From IMG/VR virus record IMGVR_UViG_3300037089_000251, positions 1 to 64,000 of that record: a DNA stretch of 64,000 bases; one strand, written 5' to 3'. The DNA is from a virus. Position numbers and translations under genes: made by a program. Below are positions 28,093-39,475 of the stretch, in pieces. The notes under the pieces were generated by a model that worked only from the letters and a program-made list of their open reading frames with translations, ran no database searches and was not told the DNA's origin. Numbering within the stretch: the stretch's first letter is position 1; every line of letters starts with the position of its first letter.

Positions 28093-31000
28093 ATGGCAGA
28101 TAACACTTTTCAGTATCCATCGGTGGTTTCACGGACGCTAGACCCGACCGGCAAGAGTCTCCTGACCGTCGTCGGGCTGCATGACCATGAGCTTTCCGAT
28201 GCGGACATAAACCTGATTCAGGACCTCCAGAGGCTAAAGCGGGACCAGCTTTCCCAGAATAGCCCCGCCACTTCCGGGTGCCTCACCTGGCAGCCGATGA
28301 CCTTCGACACCACCACCCCCAACGCCCTCACCATTCCGGGATTCGATATCCTGTTCAGCGGCGAGGTCGTCTCCATCACGGGGTCCGACCCCCGCTCCAT
28401 CCTGAATAACCAAGCCGTCAACAGCGTGGTGCTTCCGGCACCTGCGTTCTGGAACACTGCCTCCAGCGACGAGCCTGCCCGCATCTATGTGGTCTTCCTT
28501 GAGCTTTGGTACCAGTCCCTCGACCCGACCAAGGGTGCGACCACCGGCTATTATGTGGACCCCGTCACCGGGCAGAACTACTTCTACCCCTATGGATGCG
28601 TGACTCCCTCCTTCGCCTTCCTTGAGTCCGTGCCGGACGACTCCGTGGACATCTTCAACAATGGTCTCAGCACCACCCAGCGGGCGCAGATTCAATGGCG
28701 GCTCAATGTCCAGAGGGTGAGCCTCACCTACGACTTCACGAGGTACCGTTATGGGCTGGACCCGGTCGGGCTGAACACCAACCAAGCCGTCTATGCGCAG
28801 GCAGGACAGGTATTCCCGGTCAACTCTTCGGGAGCCTCCTATCAGTTCCAGAACCTTGGTCCCATCACCGGGGACACCGGGCTGTGGCGTGCCGGGGACG
28901 GTAACCCCACCAACCTCCTGGGGACCATGGACGGCTACAGCTATGCCATGCCGGTGGCGGTGGTCTTCCAGCGCAACTTCGGCGGGTTCTCCACCTCCAA
29001 CAACATCTTCGGCTGCGCCGACCCCCAGAACCTCAATGCCTCCGGGCTTCTCCAGTTCAACCTGTCCGGGCGCTTCGACGCCCGGCTGGCAGACCAGATA
29101 TACCCCGATGACACCGTGGACACGAGGCAGACGGTCAGTTTCGATAGCTGGGAGTATGACAAGCTCGTGGACGAGGGCTTCGTTGACCTCATCACCGGTA
29201 ACCTCCGCAGCGCCATCGGCAGGGGACAGTCCCCCGGCATGAGCACCGCCGCTCTGGGTTCCGCCCTGGACTACTATGTCTCCGTGGCCCCGCCCGCTGC
29301 CGGGGTCATCAACACCGTGGGGCAGTTCGACGGGTTCTTCAACGGGTTTAGCTCCGACCAGAGGACCTTCTTCGTCAGCAAGCAAATCACCATCAACAAC
29401 AAGTCCGTGGGAACCAACGGTGCGGCATGGGCGCTCAACGATGCCTTCACCATCTCCCTGCCCAGCACCACCAACGCCACGATAACCTCCGTATTCGTGC
29501 AGGGGTTCAACACCTCCTCTTCCGGGGTAAAGACCCCCATCAACCTGCTCGGGAGCCAGATTCTCATCGTCGGGGTAAACTCCAAGACCATCGTCGTATC
29601 GTTTCCAAATGCCCCGGTGTTCAGTTCCGGCAGCTACGTCTCGTCCTTCGACCCCGGCGTCAACAACATCTATGTGCATCTCGGGGTGACCTACCCGGCA
29701 GGCGGGAGCACGAACCTAGTCAAGAACCCCATCGCCATCGACGGCGGCAGCCTTTACGACTCCACCACGGGTGTCACGATGCCCGTCTATGGCATCTCCG
29801 AGTACGCCTTGCAGGCCCGGCAGCTTACTGCCGACTTCGAGACCTACCAGCTATGGACCACCAACCCCGCATACTCCAGCGTCCAGTTTGGGACGAGGGC
29901 TTATGTCAAGGTGCCCGGCTCTTCCGGCATCCAGCAGACCGTGGCGGGCAGCCCCGTCACCACCTTCGTGGTATCCGGTCTGAGCGTCAACGGGAACGGT
30001 AACGGCATCTACATCGTCAATGCCTTCGACCTGGTGTCCGGGGTGCCCTACTCTGTCATCTCCCGCACCATCAGCGGAAGCAACTGCATCATCACCATCC
30101 AAGGCGGCGTCGTTTCGACCTCAACGATGGTGGTTGAATTCCTAGCCTATCCCACTGCCCAAGTCTCCTACAATGCCCCGGTCAGGGGCGTCACGAACAT
30201 CGAGGAGACCGTGCTGTTCGGTAACTACATCCCCTCCCTCGGCCCGTTCAGGATGGACCCCCGTGTCACCGTGGAGGCAGTCTCTTTTGACAACACCACG
30301 AATGCCAGCACGGTCGTCCTCGGGGCAAACGGATGCTTCATCGACAGCATCTCGGGCGATGACACGGTCAAGATGGTGTGGGTACTGGGGCAGGGAAACA
30401 ACCTCAATGCCGTCCAGATAAGCACTGCCGAGTTCAACAACGGGCTTGTCACCGTGGTGGTCCCCGGCGTCAACCTTGATATCACCAATGGCGGCAGCTA
30501 CTTCTTCTTCGTGGGGGCCATCCATCCTGCCTTTGACCAGAACTCCATCTTCACGGTCGAGGAACGGTATATCCCTTATCAGGGCGAGGGAAGAATCGGG
30601 CACAACTACGAGATTCTCTATACGATTGACAATGCCCTCATCACCACCAACGGAACCGGGGCCGCCCCGGTGGTCGGTCTCTCCGATGTGTACCCGTACA
30701 ACCGTGAGCTTCCCATCTCCATCAGCCTGCCCAGCCAGGTCAACTGGGCGGACTCCACGCTCACCAACACCCCGCTCTCCACCCTCTTTGACAACAACTA
30801 CGTGGCGATGCGGCAGAACAACGTGGAGACGACCCTTGAGGCACCGCTCCATGTGAACGATTTCATCCTGCCCATGAACAAGGACATCAGGAAGGTCATC
30901 ACGCTCTTGCAGGGCGGCTCGGGCGGACGGGGATTTGCCCAGTCCAACCCGCATCTTGGGTTTGCCATCACCGCCCCTACCCCCCGCACGGTACTGGGTC

Positions 31001-31923
31001 AGAACCTCCAGTCCACCACCGCCCCCATCGTCCTGTACGTCAACAACGTGAGCGGCAACGACTCCAACTCGGGCTTGGACCCGAGCACCGCCAAGCTCAC
31101 CATCACGGCGGCCGTGGCGACCCTTCCACCCGTCCTCCGCCACCCGTGCTCTGTCCAGCTTGTCACCACTGGAGTGCCCTACACGATTGCCAACATCTCC
31201 ACCACCATGCAGGTCATCGCCCTCGGCGACGGCTCCATCCGTACCGCCAAGTGGTATGCCCTTGCCAACCTTGCCTTCAGCATCCAGGAAGAGGGACGTG
31301 TGGTCATCACCAGCACGGCGACGGCGACCAGCCCCATCATCATCGACGCCACCGGCTGGGCTGGATTCGGCGACGGTCCCACCTCGGCGTTCTTCATGGA
31401 CAACAGCCGGGTTCTCTTCAACAACATCCAGTTCCAGGGATTCGTAAACCCCGCCGTCTATGGCATCGACTCCGATGTGGAGTTCATCAACTGCGTGTTC
31501 CAGAACAACACCCAGGCGGGCGGCTTCGAGCAGGGATGCGGGGTCATCATCAGCGGCGGGTCGATATCCCTGCCGAACTATGGCAACGGCTTCGTCATGG
31601 CCCAGTCCGAGCTTACGGTGTCGGGCGTAGCCCTCATCGTTCCCCCCAGTGTCACGCCCGGCTCGTTCTTCATAGCGGAGCGTGGCTCGTGCATCAACCT
31701 TACCACCCACTCCACGGCGGCAGGGCAGGAGACGAACATCTCCCCCTCGACCGTTGTCGCCTATGCCCAGCTTAACTCCAACATCGTGGCGGACGGGAGC
31801 TTCCAGACCAAGGGGGAGGCAACCCTGACGGCAAACTCGGTATTATCACGCTCTGCGACTATCGACCCTTTCCTTGGAGGCATAACGAAGGACTCCACCT
31901 CGTCGGTGGTTACACAGATATAA
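28093..31923 (+). CDS. Tail fibre/baseplate-attached protein with C-terminal beta-helix-like region
   Basis: 1276 aa; LYVNNVSGNDSNSG motif followed by parallel-beta-like repeats. Confidence 0.65.
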   Translation: MADNTFQYPSVVSRTLDPTGKSLLTVVGLHDHELSDADINLIQDLQRLKRDQLSQNSPATSGCLTWQPMTFDTTTPNALTIPGFDILFSGEVVSITGSDPRSILNNQAVNSVVLPAPAFWNTASSDEPARIYVVFLELWYQSLDPTKGATTGYYVDPVTGQNYFYPYGCVTPSFAFLESVPDDSVDIFNNGLSTTQRAQIQWRLNVQRVSLTYDFTRYRYGLDPVGLNTNQAVYAQAGQVFPVNSSGASYQFQNLGPITGDTGLWRAGDGNPTNLLGTMDGYSYAMPVAVVFQRNFGGFSTSNNIFGCADPQNLNASGLLQFNLSGRFDARLADQIYPDDTVDTRQTVSFDSWEYDKLVDEGFVDLITGNLRSAIGRGQSPGMSTAALGSALDYYVSVAPPAAGVINTVGQFDGFFNGFSSDQRTFFVSKQITINNKSVGTNGAAWALNDAFTISLPSTTNATITSVFVQGFNTSSSGVKTPINLLGSQILIVGVNSKTIVVSFPNAPVFSSGSYVSSFDPGVNNIYVHLGVTYPAGGSTNLVKNPIAIDGGSLYDSTTGVTMPVYGISEYALQARQLTADFETYQLWTTNPAYSSVQFGTRAYVKVPGSSGIQQTVAGSPVTTFVVSGLSVNGNGNGIYIVNAFDLVSGVPYSVISRTISGSNCIITIQGGVVSTSTMVVEFLAYPTAQVSYNAPVRGVTNIEETVLFGNYIPSLGPFRMDPRVTVEAVSFDNTTNASTVVLGANGCFIDSISGDDTVKMVWVLGQGNNLNAVQISTAEFNNGLVTVVVPGVNLDITNGGSYFFFVGAIHPAFDQNSIFTVEERYIPYQGEGRIGHNYEILYTIDNALITTNGTGAAPVVGLSDVYPYNRELPISISLPSQVNWADSTLTNTPLSTLFDNNYVAMRQNNVETTLEAPLHVNDFILPMNKDIRKVITLLQGGSGGRGFAQSNPHLGFAITAPTPRTVLGQNLQSTTAPIVLYVNNVSGNDSNSGLDPSTAKLTITAAVATLPPVLRHPCSVQLVTTGVPYTIANISTTMQVIALGDGSIRTAKWYALANLAFSIQEEGRVVITSTATATSPIIIDATGWAGFGDGPTSAFFMDNSRVLFNNIQFQGFVNPAVYGIDSDVEFINCVFQNNTQAGGFEQGCGVIISGGSISLPNYGNGFVMAQSELTVSGVALIVPPSVTPGSFFIAERGSCINLTTHSTAAGQETNISPSTVVAYAQLNSNIVADGSFQTKGEATLTANSVLSRSATIDPFLGGITKDSTSSVVTQI

Positions 31924-31932
31924 GGAAAACTC

Positions 31933-34900
31933 ATGAGCATCCCGCTTCTTCCCGTATCCCCGACCGTAGCAAACATTGACCAGAACTACCTGCTCACGGT
32001 CAATTGGGTGCCGCCTTTCGCTCCCCTTACGGGGGGCTTGCCCTATTCTGGATACAGCGGATGGGATATCAACCTTGCCCACCCTCCCGGAAACATCCCC
32101 GTAACGAGCTTCACTGACGGTCTTGGCTCGGGCGGAACGGTAAGCAGCCGTGCCTTTGAACTGGTTCTGGCGGCTGGCGACTACACCATCGACATGCAGG
32201 CCTTGTCGTCCGACTTCGCCCAGTACTCCAACAGCCCCCTCTGGGGAAGCCCCCTCCAGTTCCCCGAGGACCTTGCGGGAATGGTCACGCTCAGCCTCAC
32301 CACCTTGGAGCTTGGTCAGGTATTGACCGTAACCCTCAGCAACCTCTACAACGGCACCGGGGTAAGCAACTGGCAGGTCACTGCCGCCCTGGTCAGCAAC
32401 CCCCAGATTACCATATCCTCGGGACCGCTGCCCGTCACCAGCCGTACCTTCACCACCATCTTCACCACCCCAGGCTCATGGGTCATCACGGTCCAGACGC
32501 TCAGCGACTTCAGCACATTTGAGCCGCCCGTGAAGCTGACCCGTTCCACCTCTGCATCGGTGTTCGTGGTCAACCAGCAGTTTAGCTCCGCCCCCCAGAC
32601 CTCCATCACCGGAACGCTGGGAGTCGGCGGCGAGGCGGGCTTCGAGCTTGTTGACAACTCATCCGCCAACGCTACCCCTCAGCCCTACGAGGTCATCGCC
32701 CGCAGCCTCGTCCGGGATACCATGACCAACGAGCTTAAGCTCCTCGTGGCGACCAGCCGGTACAGCAACGCAAGCTCCCTGCTCGGCACCATGGCACTGG
32801 ACGTGTTCCCGTTCTCGGGACGGCCGCAGGCAAGGGAGCTTCTGGAGCCTCTCTCCGAGGTCTTCCCCGTCAGCGGGACGCTGTCCCCGGTAAAGATACA
32901 GACGACCTCCTTGCCCAGCAACGCCTACATCGGGCAGTCGCAGGAGTACTTCAAGTTCATGGTCGCCACGGGCGGCAATGCCCCGTATACTTGGTTTGCC
33001 AACGGGCTTCCCCCTGGTCTGAACATGAGCCTCGACGGCACCATCAGCGGTACGCCCACACAGCTAGGCAACTTCACCGTGAACGTGTCGGTCATGGACA
33101 GCACCTCCCCGGCGTTCATCGCCGAGCAGACCTACACCTTCACCATCCCGACCAACTTGGTAATCTTCACCACCTCGCTGCCGGGTGCGACGGTGCTTAC
33201 TCCCTACTCCTTCACCCTCCTGAATAACGGCGGGCTGCTGCCCTTCACATGGTCGGTACAGGGAGGAACACTGCCTGTCGGCCTTGTCCTCAACCCCAGC
33301 ACCGGGATTATCTCCGGGGTGCCCTGCTCTTATGCGGCGACCGACTTCACCACTCCGTTCTCGGTTACCGTGCAGGTGCAGGATGCCGTGGGGGCACTCG
33401 CTTCTGCCACCTTCTCCCTTGTCTTGTCCCCGGCAGCCCTCCAGTTCGGAGCGCCGGACCAGCCCACCATCTTTGCGGGGCAGGACTTCAAGATTGCCAT
33501 CCCGGTGTTCGGCGGCGTCTCGCCCTACAGCCTGATATCCTCCAGCGACGACCTCAGCCTTGGCACCATCGTCTTGGAGAACGGAACCCTGCAATACACC
33601 GTCAATGCCCCTAACGACAAGCTGGGGGTCCACAGCCTCACAGCGACCGTGCAGGACAGCGCCCTCAACTCCGCCACCAAGACCATCTACTTCACCGTGG
33701 CCACCGAGGTCAGCAACATCCTCGTCGTGCAGGCGGCATTCGAGCATGACTGGGCAAACGGGGACACTACCTCCATAGCCGAGCCGATAGTCGGGGCGCT
33801 ACAGGGCTTCCTTATCAACCAGGGCAACCTCCTCACCGTGCCTGGGGGCGACTTCGTCAACCCCAACGGTCTGGTCGTGACGGTCAACCCGGATGCCTCG
33901 GTCATCACCTCGCCCCCGCTTTCCCCGCCCGTCGTCGGACCCGTGGTGGAGGTGGCTGGTCCGCCCACGACCTTCGGGAACACCGAGGTGCATGTACCCA
34001 TACCGCTCACCAACGGGACATCGACGGTGGCTACCCTCATCCGTGCGTTCTCCCTGCTCTCCCATGACGACACCGGGGAAGTGGCGGGGGATGCCGGGAT
34101 ATCTTCTGCCTTCACCCGGCCTTACTTGGTGAATGATGCAGTGGGACTCAACCCGCAGCGCCCATACTTCAACTCCCCCGAGGTCGTCAACCCCGAAACC
34201 CTCACGGTTCGCCTCAAGACCGGCAGCGTGCTGCCCACCGGGCTGTCGCTCGACCAAGTCAACGGGCTTGTCTATGGAAAGCTGCTCAGGACCTTCGGCT
34301 CCCTCTCGGGGGGAAGCAACACCAGCATCTTGGAGTATATCGACTCCAGCCAGGTCGTGCATGGAACCGTCACCGTTTACTGGGACACGCAGACCACCGC
34401 CCCGTTCTCGCTCAACGGTACTCTCCCCAATGGCACTCTCCAGACGCCCTACAACAATTCCCTGACGAGCAATTCCCCCTCTGCTCTGGCCACGGCTTCC
34501 GTCTATCGTGGGCACCTGCCTGCCGGGCTGACCCTCGGGGTATCGGGCACCAGTGTGACACTCATCGGCACCCCCATGGAGTCGGGGTACTTCGACCTCT
34601 GGATTCAGGCAACCAACGCCGGGGGCGATGTCTCCTATATCTACCAGCGTCTCTCCATAGTCTACATCACTCCCCTTACCATCCTGACAAGTGCATTGCC
34701 TGCCTGTGTCGAGACTGTTGCATACAGCCAAGCCTTGCAGGGATACGGCGGGGTTGTCCCCTACACGTGGACCAGCGATATCGCCACGAGCTTTGCCGGT
34801 CTGGCAGCCTATATCAGCCTCAACCCGTCAACCGGGATACTCTCAGGCACCGTCCCGATGGCCTCCGGGCTTAACGGGCAAAGCCACACCGTGACCTTCA

Positions 34901-37900
34901 CCCTCACGGACAGCAATGGAAACACCATCTCGAAGGGCATCACGATGAGCGTGAACAATGCTCTGTCCATCACCACTAACTCAGTCGCCCCAATGACCCT
35001 CAGCCAAGCCTACACCTTCCAGATGCAGGCTGTCGGGGGTATCCCCCCGTACATGTGGGCTACGACAGCAGGCACATTGCCCACTGGTTCTCCGGGTGTC
35101 ACCATTGACCCCTCGACGGGCATCCTCTCAGGGACCCCGACCCAAGTCGGTTATGGTACGCAGTCTGTCACTTTCCAAGTCACCGACTCTACATTCGTCT
35201 CTGCGGTCAAGGCTCTTCCTGTCACCGTGGGGGTGGTTTCGGGAATGATTATCAACTCCAGCGGCGTGGGCACCATCAACCGTGGGTCTTTCTATCTTGG
35301 CACCCTTGCCGTGAACGGAAGCTACACAACCCCTGTCTCTTGGGCGGTCACCGGGGATTCACCCAACCCCCTCCCGTCCGGTCTCAATCTTGCCGCCAGC
35401 GGCTCGGACAACGGGGCGACGGCGAAGATTACCGGCCTCTACACTGGGGCTGCCTTCACAGGGCTTCTGGTCAAGGTGCAGGCTGTTGACAATGCCGGTC
35501 ACCTTGCCACCGCCACCCTGAGCCTTTCGGCCTCCACTAACTTGGCAATCACCTCGACCTCTCCCCTGCCACAGGGGCTTATCAACATCGCCTACAGCCA
35601 GCAGCTTACCGCCAGCGGAGGAGGGTCGCCTACGGGTGCTGCGCCTGTCTACACATGGTCCCAGACGGGGCTTCCGGGGGGCTTCAGCCTCAGCGGCAGC
35701 GGTCTCCTCACCGGCACTTCCGCCACGGCCATCAACACGACGTTCAATGCCCAAGTGGTGGACTCACTGTCCCCGGCAGACTCGGTCAACAAGAACCTGC
35801 AACTCATCATCTCCGCCAGCACTCTCGCCATCACTACCTCCTCCCCCCTGCCGCAGGGCACGGCAGGTGTAGCCTATAACGTGACCTTGGCGGCGAGCGG
35901 CGGGACACCCCCGTACACATGGCAGCTAGTCGGCGGAGCCTTGCCCAGCGGGCTTAACCTTGGCTCCAACGGGGTCATCAGCGGCACGACATCCAGCGTC
36001 GGGACCTTCAACTTCACCATCCAGGTCACGGACAATGTTAGCTCGGTCTCCCAGAAGGCGTTTGTCCTCACCATCATCACGGGAATGACGCTGCATACCG
36101 GGATAGACTACACCCTCTCCGTTTCCACGGGTTCCATCGGGTATGCGGGCGACGGCAGCGTCGATACCATCAACCCCCGGCTGAACAACTCCTTCTATGT
36201 CGTGGCCACGGGGGTCATCGCCACTTCCCCTGCCCAGCTTAGCGCCACGGTTCCGTCCGGGTACACCTATGTGGTGCAGTCGGTGTCCAGCGGCATAGCA
36301 TTCATCAGGCTCAGCGGTCCGTTTGCGGCCGCCGGGGTGGGCACGCACAACTTCAACATCACCGTAACGGATGTCGGCGGCGTCAATGCCTCTGCCACCT
36401 TCACTTGGACAGTATACGCCAACGGCGCTCTCCGTGTAGCCCCCGGCAGCGGCAGCATCCCTGCCTATGGTGTGCCTCTCCTTGAGGGGACGGTGGCGAG
36501 CCTGCCGGTCTACAACGACCCCAGCAACCCGCTGTTCAACTTCCAGACCTACAACGGCACGGTCGTGCCCCCGGCAGCGGCAGCCACGGCGGACTTCACC
36601 CTCGCTGGAGACACGACCAACTTCCAGGGCATCATCAGCTTCGGGTATGTCAACCCCAACTTCCAGTTCACCTATGCTGGCGGGTCGTTCACCTCGGGGG
36701 TAGCCGCCAACATCCTCACCCTGACGGATGCCGACATCGCCTGGTACAGCACCGCCAAGCAGTTCGACACCTTCACGCCCGGCTCCGGGATTGGCGGAAA
36801 GACCCTCGCCCTGCCGTTCCTCTACATGGTCAAGCCCACCATCCCGTCCAGCGGTGTGGCCCCGCTTGCCCTTACCATCCCCTCCAGCAACGTGACCGTC
36901 GTCACGGTAGCCTCGGGTCCTCCCCAAACCGAGACGGAGGTTCCCAGCAGCTTCGTGGGATGGACATCCTTCGGAAACCTGAAGAACTCAGGTCAGGACA
37001 CCATCACCCTGTTCGGCTCCAACAACACTGTTGACACGTCCCAGACGCTCAACCTGACCAACTTCCTCCTCGGCCTACCATCCAATGCCACGATTTCCCA
37101 AGTCAGGGTCAACCTGACCCTGAACCAGAGCAGCGGGACGAGCGCCGTCTACGTCAACACCAACCTGGTAGGGGTATCGGGGACGAGCTTCCAGAGCCAG
37201 TTGCACTCCAACAGCGGCAACACCTTCTCCTTCATCGGGACTTGGACGGCGGCCCAGCTTAACAACATCGGCTTCGGGGCGGCCTTCTATGCCAACTGCA
37301 CCAACTCTCCGGGCACCGGGGCTGTAATCCAGTTGACCGCCTTCACCTTGCAGGTAACCTACTCGGTGCCGAACTATAACGCCATCACGGTCAACCTGAG
37401 CAAGCCCTTCAGCCCGCAGCAGCAGGGCACGGCGAGCAGCACGGGGGACAGCATCACGGCATCCGCCTCCTTGGACGCCGGGGTATCCCTCATCAGCATC
37501 ACCCCAACCTATGGCAGCGGGGCCACGGCAGGCTGGCTGACCGGATGGACCTTGCAGGTTGCCTTCCCGAGCGGGACGGGCAGCATCACCACGCACCTGA
37601 GCATGACGGTGCAGGGAACCCTGACCTACCTGAACGGGACAAGCATGGTGACGCAGAGCATCACCTACATAAGCGGGGTCATCGCCACCATCGTCGGCAC
37701 ATACTCGGGCGGTGGTGGAGGTGGCGGTTCACCACTGAGCATCACCACAGCTTTCCTGCCCAATGCCACCAGCGCAGAAGCCTATAGTTTCCAGATGCAG
37801 GCTACCGGTGGAACTCCTGGCTATGCTTGGTCCATGACCCCTGTCAGTGCTTCCGGCATAGACTGTGATACTACCGGGCTTTTGAGCGGATTTGCCAGGT

Positions 37901-37992
37901 CAGCGGGAAGTTTCAACCTGACATTCTCGGTGAGCGACTCTAGCACCCCGGTGCAGACGGTCACCAAGAACCTGACACTCACGGTGAACTAA
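31933..37992 (+). CDS. Ig-like repeat (He_PIG-type) virion adhesin
   Basis: 2019 aa with roughly ten ITTxxLP...GGxxPYTW...LPxGLxL...GxISGTP repeats. Confidence 0.85.
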   Translation: MSIPLLPVSPTVANIDQNYLLTVNWVPPFAPLTGGLPYSGYSGWDINLAHPPGNIPVTSFTDGLGSGGTVSSRAFELVLAAGDYTIDMQALSSDFAQYSNSPLWGSPLQFPEDLAGMVTLSLTTLELGQVLTVTLSNLYNGTGVSNWQVTAALVSNPQITISSGPLPVTSRTFTTIFTTPGSWVITVQTLSDFSTFEPPVKLTRSTSASVFVVNQQFSSAPQTSITGTLGVGGEAGFELVDNSSANATPQPYEVIARSLVRDTMTNELKLLVATSRYSNASSLLGTMALDVFPFSGRPQARELLEPLSEVFPVSGTLSPVKIQTTSLPSNAYIGQSQEYFKFMVATGGNAPYTWFANGLPPGLNMSLDGTISGTPTQLGNFTVNVSVMDSTSPAFIAEQTYTFTIPTNLVIFTTSLPGATVLTPYSFTLLNNGGLLPFTWSVQGGTLPVGLVLNPSTGIISGVPCSYAATDFTTPFSVTVQVQDAVGALASATFSLVLSPAALQFGAPDQPTIFAGQDFKIAIPVFGGVSPYSLISSSDDLSLGTIVLENGTLQYTVNAPNDKLGVHSLTATVQDSALNSATKTIYFTVATEVSNILVVQAAFEHDWANGDTTSIAEPIVGALQGFLINQGNLLTVPGGDFVNPNGLVVTVNPDASVITSPPLSPPVVGPVVEVAGPPTTFGNTEVHVPIPLTNGTSTVATLIRAFSLLSHDDTGEVAGDAGISSAFTRPYLVNDAVGLNPQRPYFNSPEVVNPETLTVRLKTGSVLPTGLSLDQVNGLVYGKLLRTFGSLSGGSNTSILEYIDSSQVVHGTVTVYWDTQTTAPFSLNGTLPNGTLQTPYNNSLTSNSPSALATASVYRGHLPAGLTLGVSGTSVTLIGTPMESGYFDLWIQATNAGGDVSYIYQRLSIVYITPLTILTSALPACVETVAYSQALQGYGGVVPYTWTSDIATSFAGLAAYISLNPSTGILSGTVPMASGLNGQSHTVTFTLTDSNGNTISKGITMSVNNALSITTNSVAPMTLSQAYTFQMQAVGGIPPYMWATTAGTLPTGSPGVTIDPSTGILSGTPTQVGYGTQSVTFQVTDSTFVSAVKALPVTVGVVSGMIINSSGVGTINRGSFYLGTLAVNGSYTTPVSWAVTGDSPNPLPSGLNLAASGSDNGATAKITGLYTGAAFTGLLVKVQAVDNAGHLATATLSLSASTNLAITSTSPLPQGLINIAYSQQLTASGGGSPTGAAPVYTWSQTGLPGGFSLSGSGLLTGTSATAINTTFNAQVVDSLSPADSVNKNLQLIISASTLAITTSSPLPQGTAGVAYNVTLAASGGTPPYTWQLVGGALPSGLNLGSNGVISGTTSSVGTFNFTIQVTDNVSSVSQKAFVLTIITGMTLHTGIDYTLSVSTGSIGYAGDGSVDTINPRLNNSFYVVATGVIATSPAQLSATVPSGYTYVVQSVSSGIAFIRLSGPFAAAGVGTHNFNITVTDVGGVNASATFTWTVYANGALRVAPGSGSIPAYGVPLLEGTVASLPVYNDPSNPLFNFQTYNGTVVPPAAAATADFTLAGDTTNFQGIISFGYVNPNFQFTYAGGSFTSGVAANILTLTDADIAWYSTAKQFDTFTPGSGIGGKTLALPFLYMVKPTIPSSGVAPLALTIPSSNVTVVTVASGPPQTETEVPSSFVGWTSFGNLKNSGQDTITLFGSNNTVDTSQTLNLTNFLLGLPSNATISQVRVNLTLNQSSGTSAVYVNTNLVGVSGTSFQSQLHSNSGNTFSFIGTWTAAQLNNIGFGAAFYANCTNSPGTGAVIQLTAFTLQVTYSVPNYNAITVNLSKPFSPQQQGTASSTGDSITASASLDAGVSLISITPTYGSGATAGWLTGWTLQVAFPSGTGSITTHLSMTVQGTLTYLNGTSMVTQSITYISGVIATIVGTYSGGGGGGGSPLSITTAFLPNATSAEAYSFQMQATGGTPGYAWSMTPVSASGIDCDTTGLLSGFARSAGSFNLTFSVSDSSTPVQTVTKNLTLTVN

Positions 37993-38687
37993 TGGCATTC
38001 CAGTATGCTTATCCCGGACCGCCGTTTCACTGGCTTGGGAACGTCTCCAAGACCCAGTGGACGACCTTCAAGACATGGGCGAACCAACGACAGGAGGATG
38101 CCTCCTCCGTGTCGCTCCTCCATCGCATCAAGGCGGAGCAGCTAAGGAAGACCGCAGGACTGCTGGAGCAGTATTACTCCTCGGTGTATCCCAACGAGGC
38201 AGGAAGCTATGGGGAGACTCTCGCCCCTACTTTCCAGAAGGCTCCTTGGAAGCCGGGGACGAGCGGGCACTTCAACTACACCTATGGGGACGACCAGCTT
38301 CCCATGGTGATGGTCAGCCGGGTCAAGGGCAACATGAAGGAGATGGTTCAACGGCACGAGGATGCCGTCTACACGATGAACCAAATCCGGTGCATGATTG
38401 AGAAGCACGAGGACACGGCCCAGTATGTCAACGACTTCGTGCAGCCCACTTCGGCGGTGCCGAGCAACCCCACGACCCTGACGGAGCTTCTCGCCAAGGT
38501 TGACAGCTATTTCACGAAGCCTGAGTATCAGAATGTATTAGTGAACGACACGGCGCTCTACAAGGGTCAACCTTACTTCCGTGTCCACCCGGCGGACCTG
38601 CCGACCCAGTATGAACTGGAGCAGGCCAACCACAGCAACCCCTCGGTTCCCATCAGCATCGTGGACAGGGGCGTGGTGACAGCATGA
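37992..38687 (+). CDS. Hypothetical structural protein
   Basis: Translationally coupled within the baseplate module. Confidence 0.65.
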   Translation: MAFQYAYPGPPFHWLGNVSKTQWTTFKTWANQRQEDASSVSLLHRIKAEQLRKTAGLLEQYYSSVYPNEAGSYGETLAPTFQKAPWKPGTSGHFNYTYGDDQLPMVMVSRVKGNMKEMVQRHEDAVYTMNQIRCMIEKHEDTAQYVNDFVQPTSAVPSNPTTLTELLAKVDSYFTKPEYQNVLVNDTALYKGQPYFRVHPADLPTQYELEQANHSNPSVPISIVDRGVVTA

Positions 38688-39475
38688 GCTATGACTTCAA
38701 CACGGGTATAGAGCCTTGCCCCCATGTAATCCTTGGGGAGAGGTATGTGGTTAATACCATTGATTTTAGGACTCTAAACCTGGCGGCGGACACCTCTATC
38801 AACATGCGTGCCCCCATCAATGGGCAGTCGGTGGTGACGGTGCGCATCAGCGGGGAGCTTGTGGAGTCGGACGACCCAACCTATGGGTACTCCATAGTGG
38901 CCGACCCCAACCGCCTGACAGAGCAGGGGATACAGTTCTACAAGATTGTGTTCAACAAGACTGTCCGGTGGTTCATCCCTCTCATCGAGGTAGGGTACAT
39001 CACCTTTCAGCCTTATTGCCTGCGATGCTCGGCGCAGGGGCAGTTCAATGACTTTGAGGAGTCCTCGACGGGGAGCTTCATCCGGGTGGTGGATACGGAC
39101 AAGCTGGTGCAGAGGGTGCTCAAGTTCGTGCTCACCTCCAAATGCACCTTCTACCCCCAGTTCACCTGCCCCATCAAGGACTACATCGGGCATAAGTTTG
39201 GAGGGGCTATCACGCAGGAGGACATAGCCTCGGCGGTCATGGCATCCTTGCAGGACCTCAAGACGGTGCAGCAGGCGCAAAGAACCGTGCAGCCCTTGAG
39301 CCAGAAGGAGATGCTGAAGGACATAACCGGGATATCCACGACCCAGCCCGACCCGACCTCGGTCTTCGTGCAGGCGTCGATTACCAGCTATGGGGTGCAG
39401 TCCAGCCCGGTACCGGTCAATTTCTCGATGTCCTCCACCAGGAACCTGGTAGGACCACAAGTGGGGAGTAACTAA
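38684..39475 (+). CDS. gp25-like baseplate wedge protein
   Basis: KLVQRVLKFVLT...FYPQF...IG.K; precedes the J-like gene. Confidence 0.6.
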   Translation: MSYDFNTGIEPCPHVILGERYVVNTIDFRTLNLAADTSINMRAPINGQSVVTVRISGELVESDDPTYGYSIVADPNRLTEQGIQFYKIVFNKTVRWFIPLIEVGYITFQPYCLRCSAQGQFNDFEESSTGSFIRVVDTDKLVQRVLKFVLTSKCTFYPQFTCPIKDYIGHKFGGAITQEDIASAVMASLQDLKTVQQAQRTVQPLSQKEMLKDITGISTTQPDPTSVFVQASITSYGVQSSPVPVNFSMSSTRNLVGPQVGSN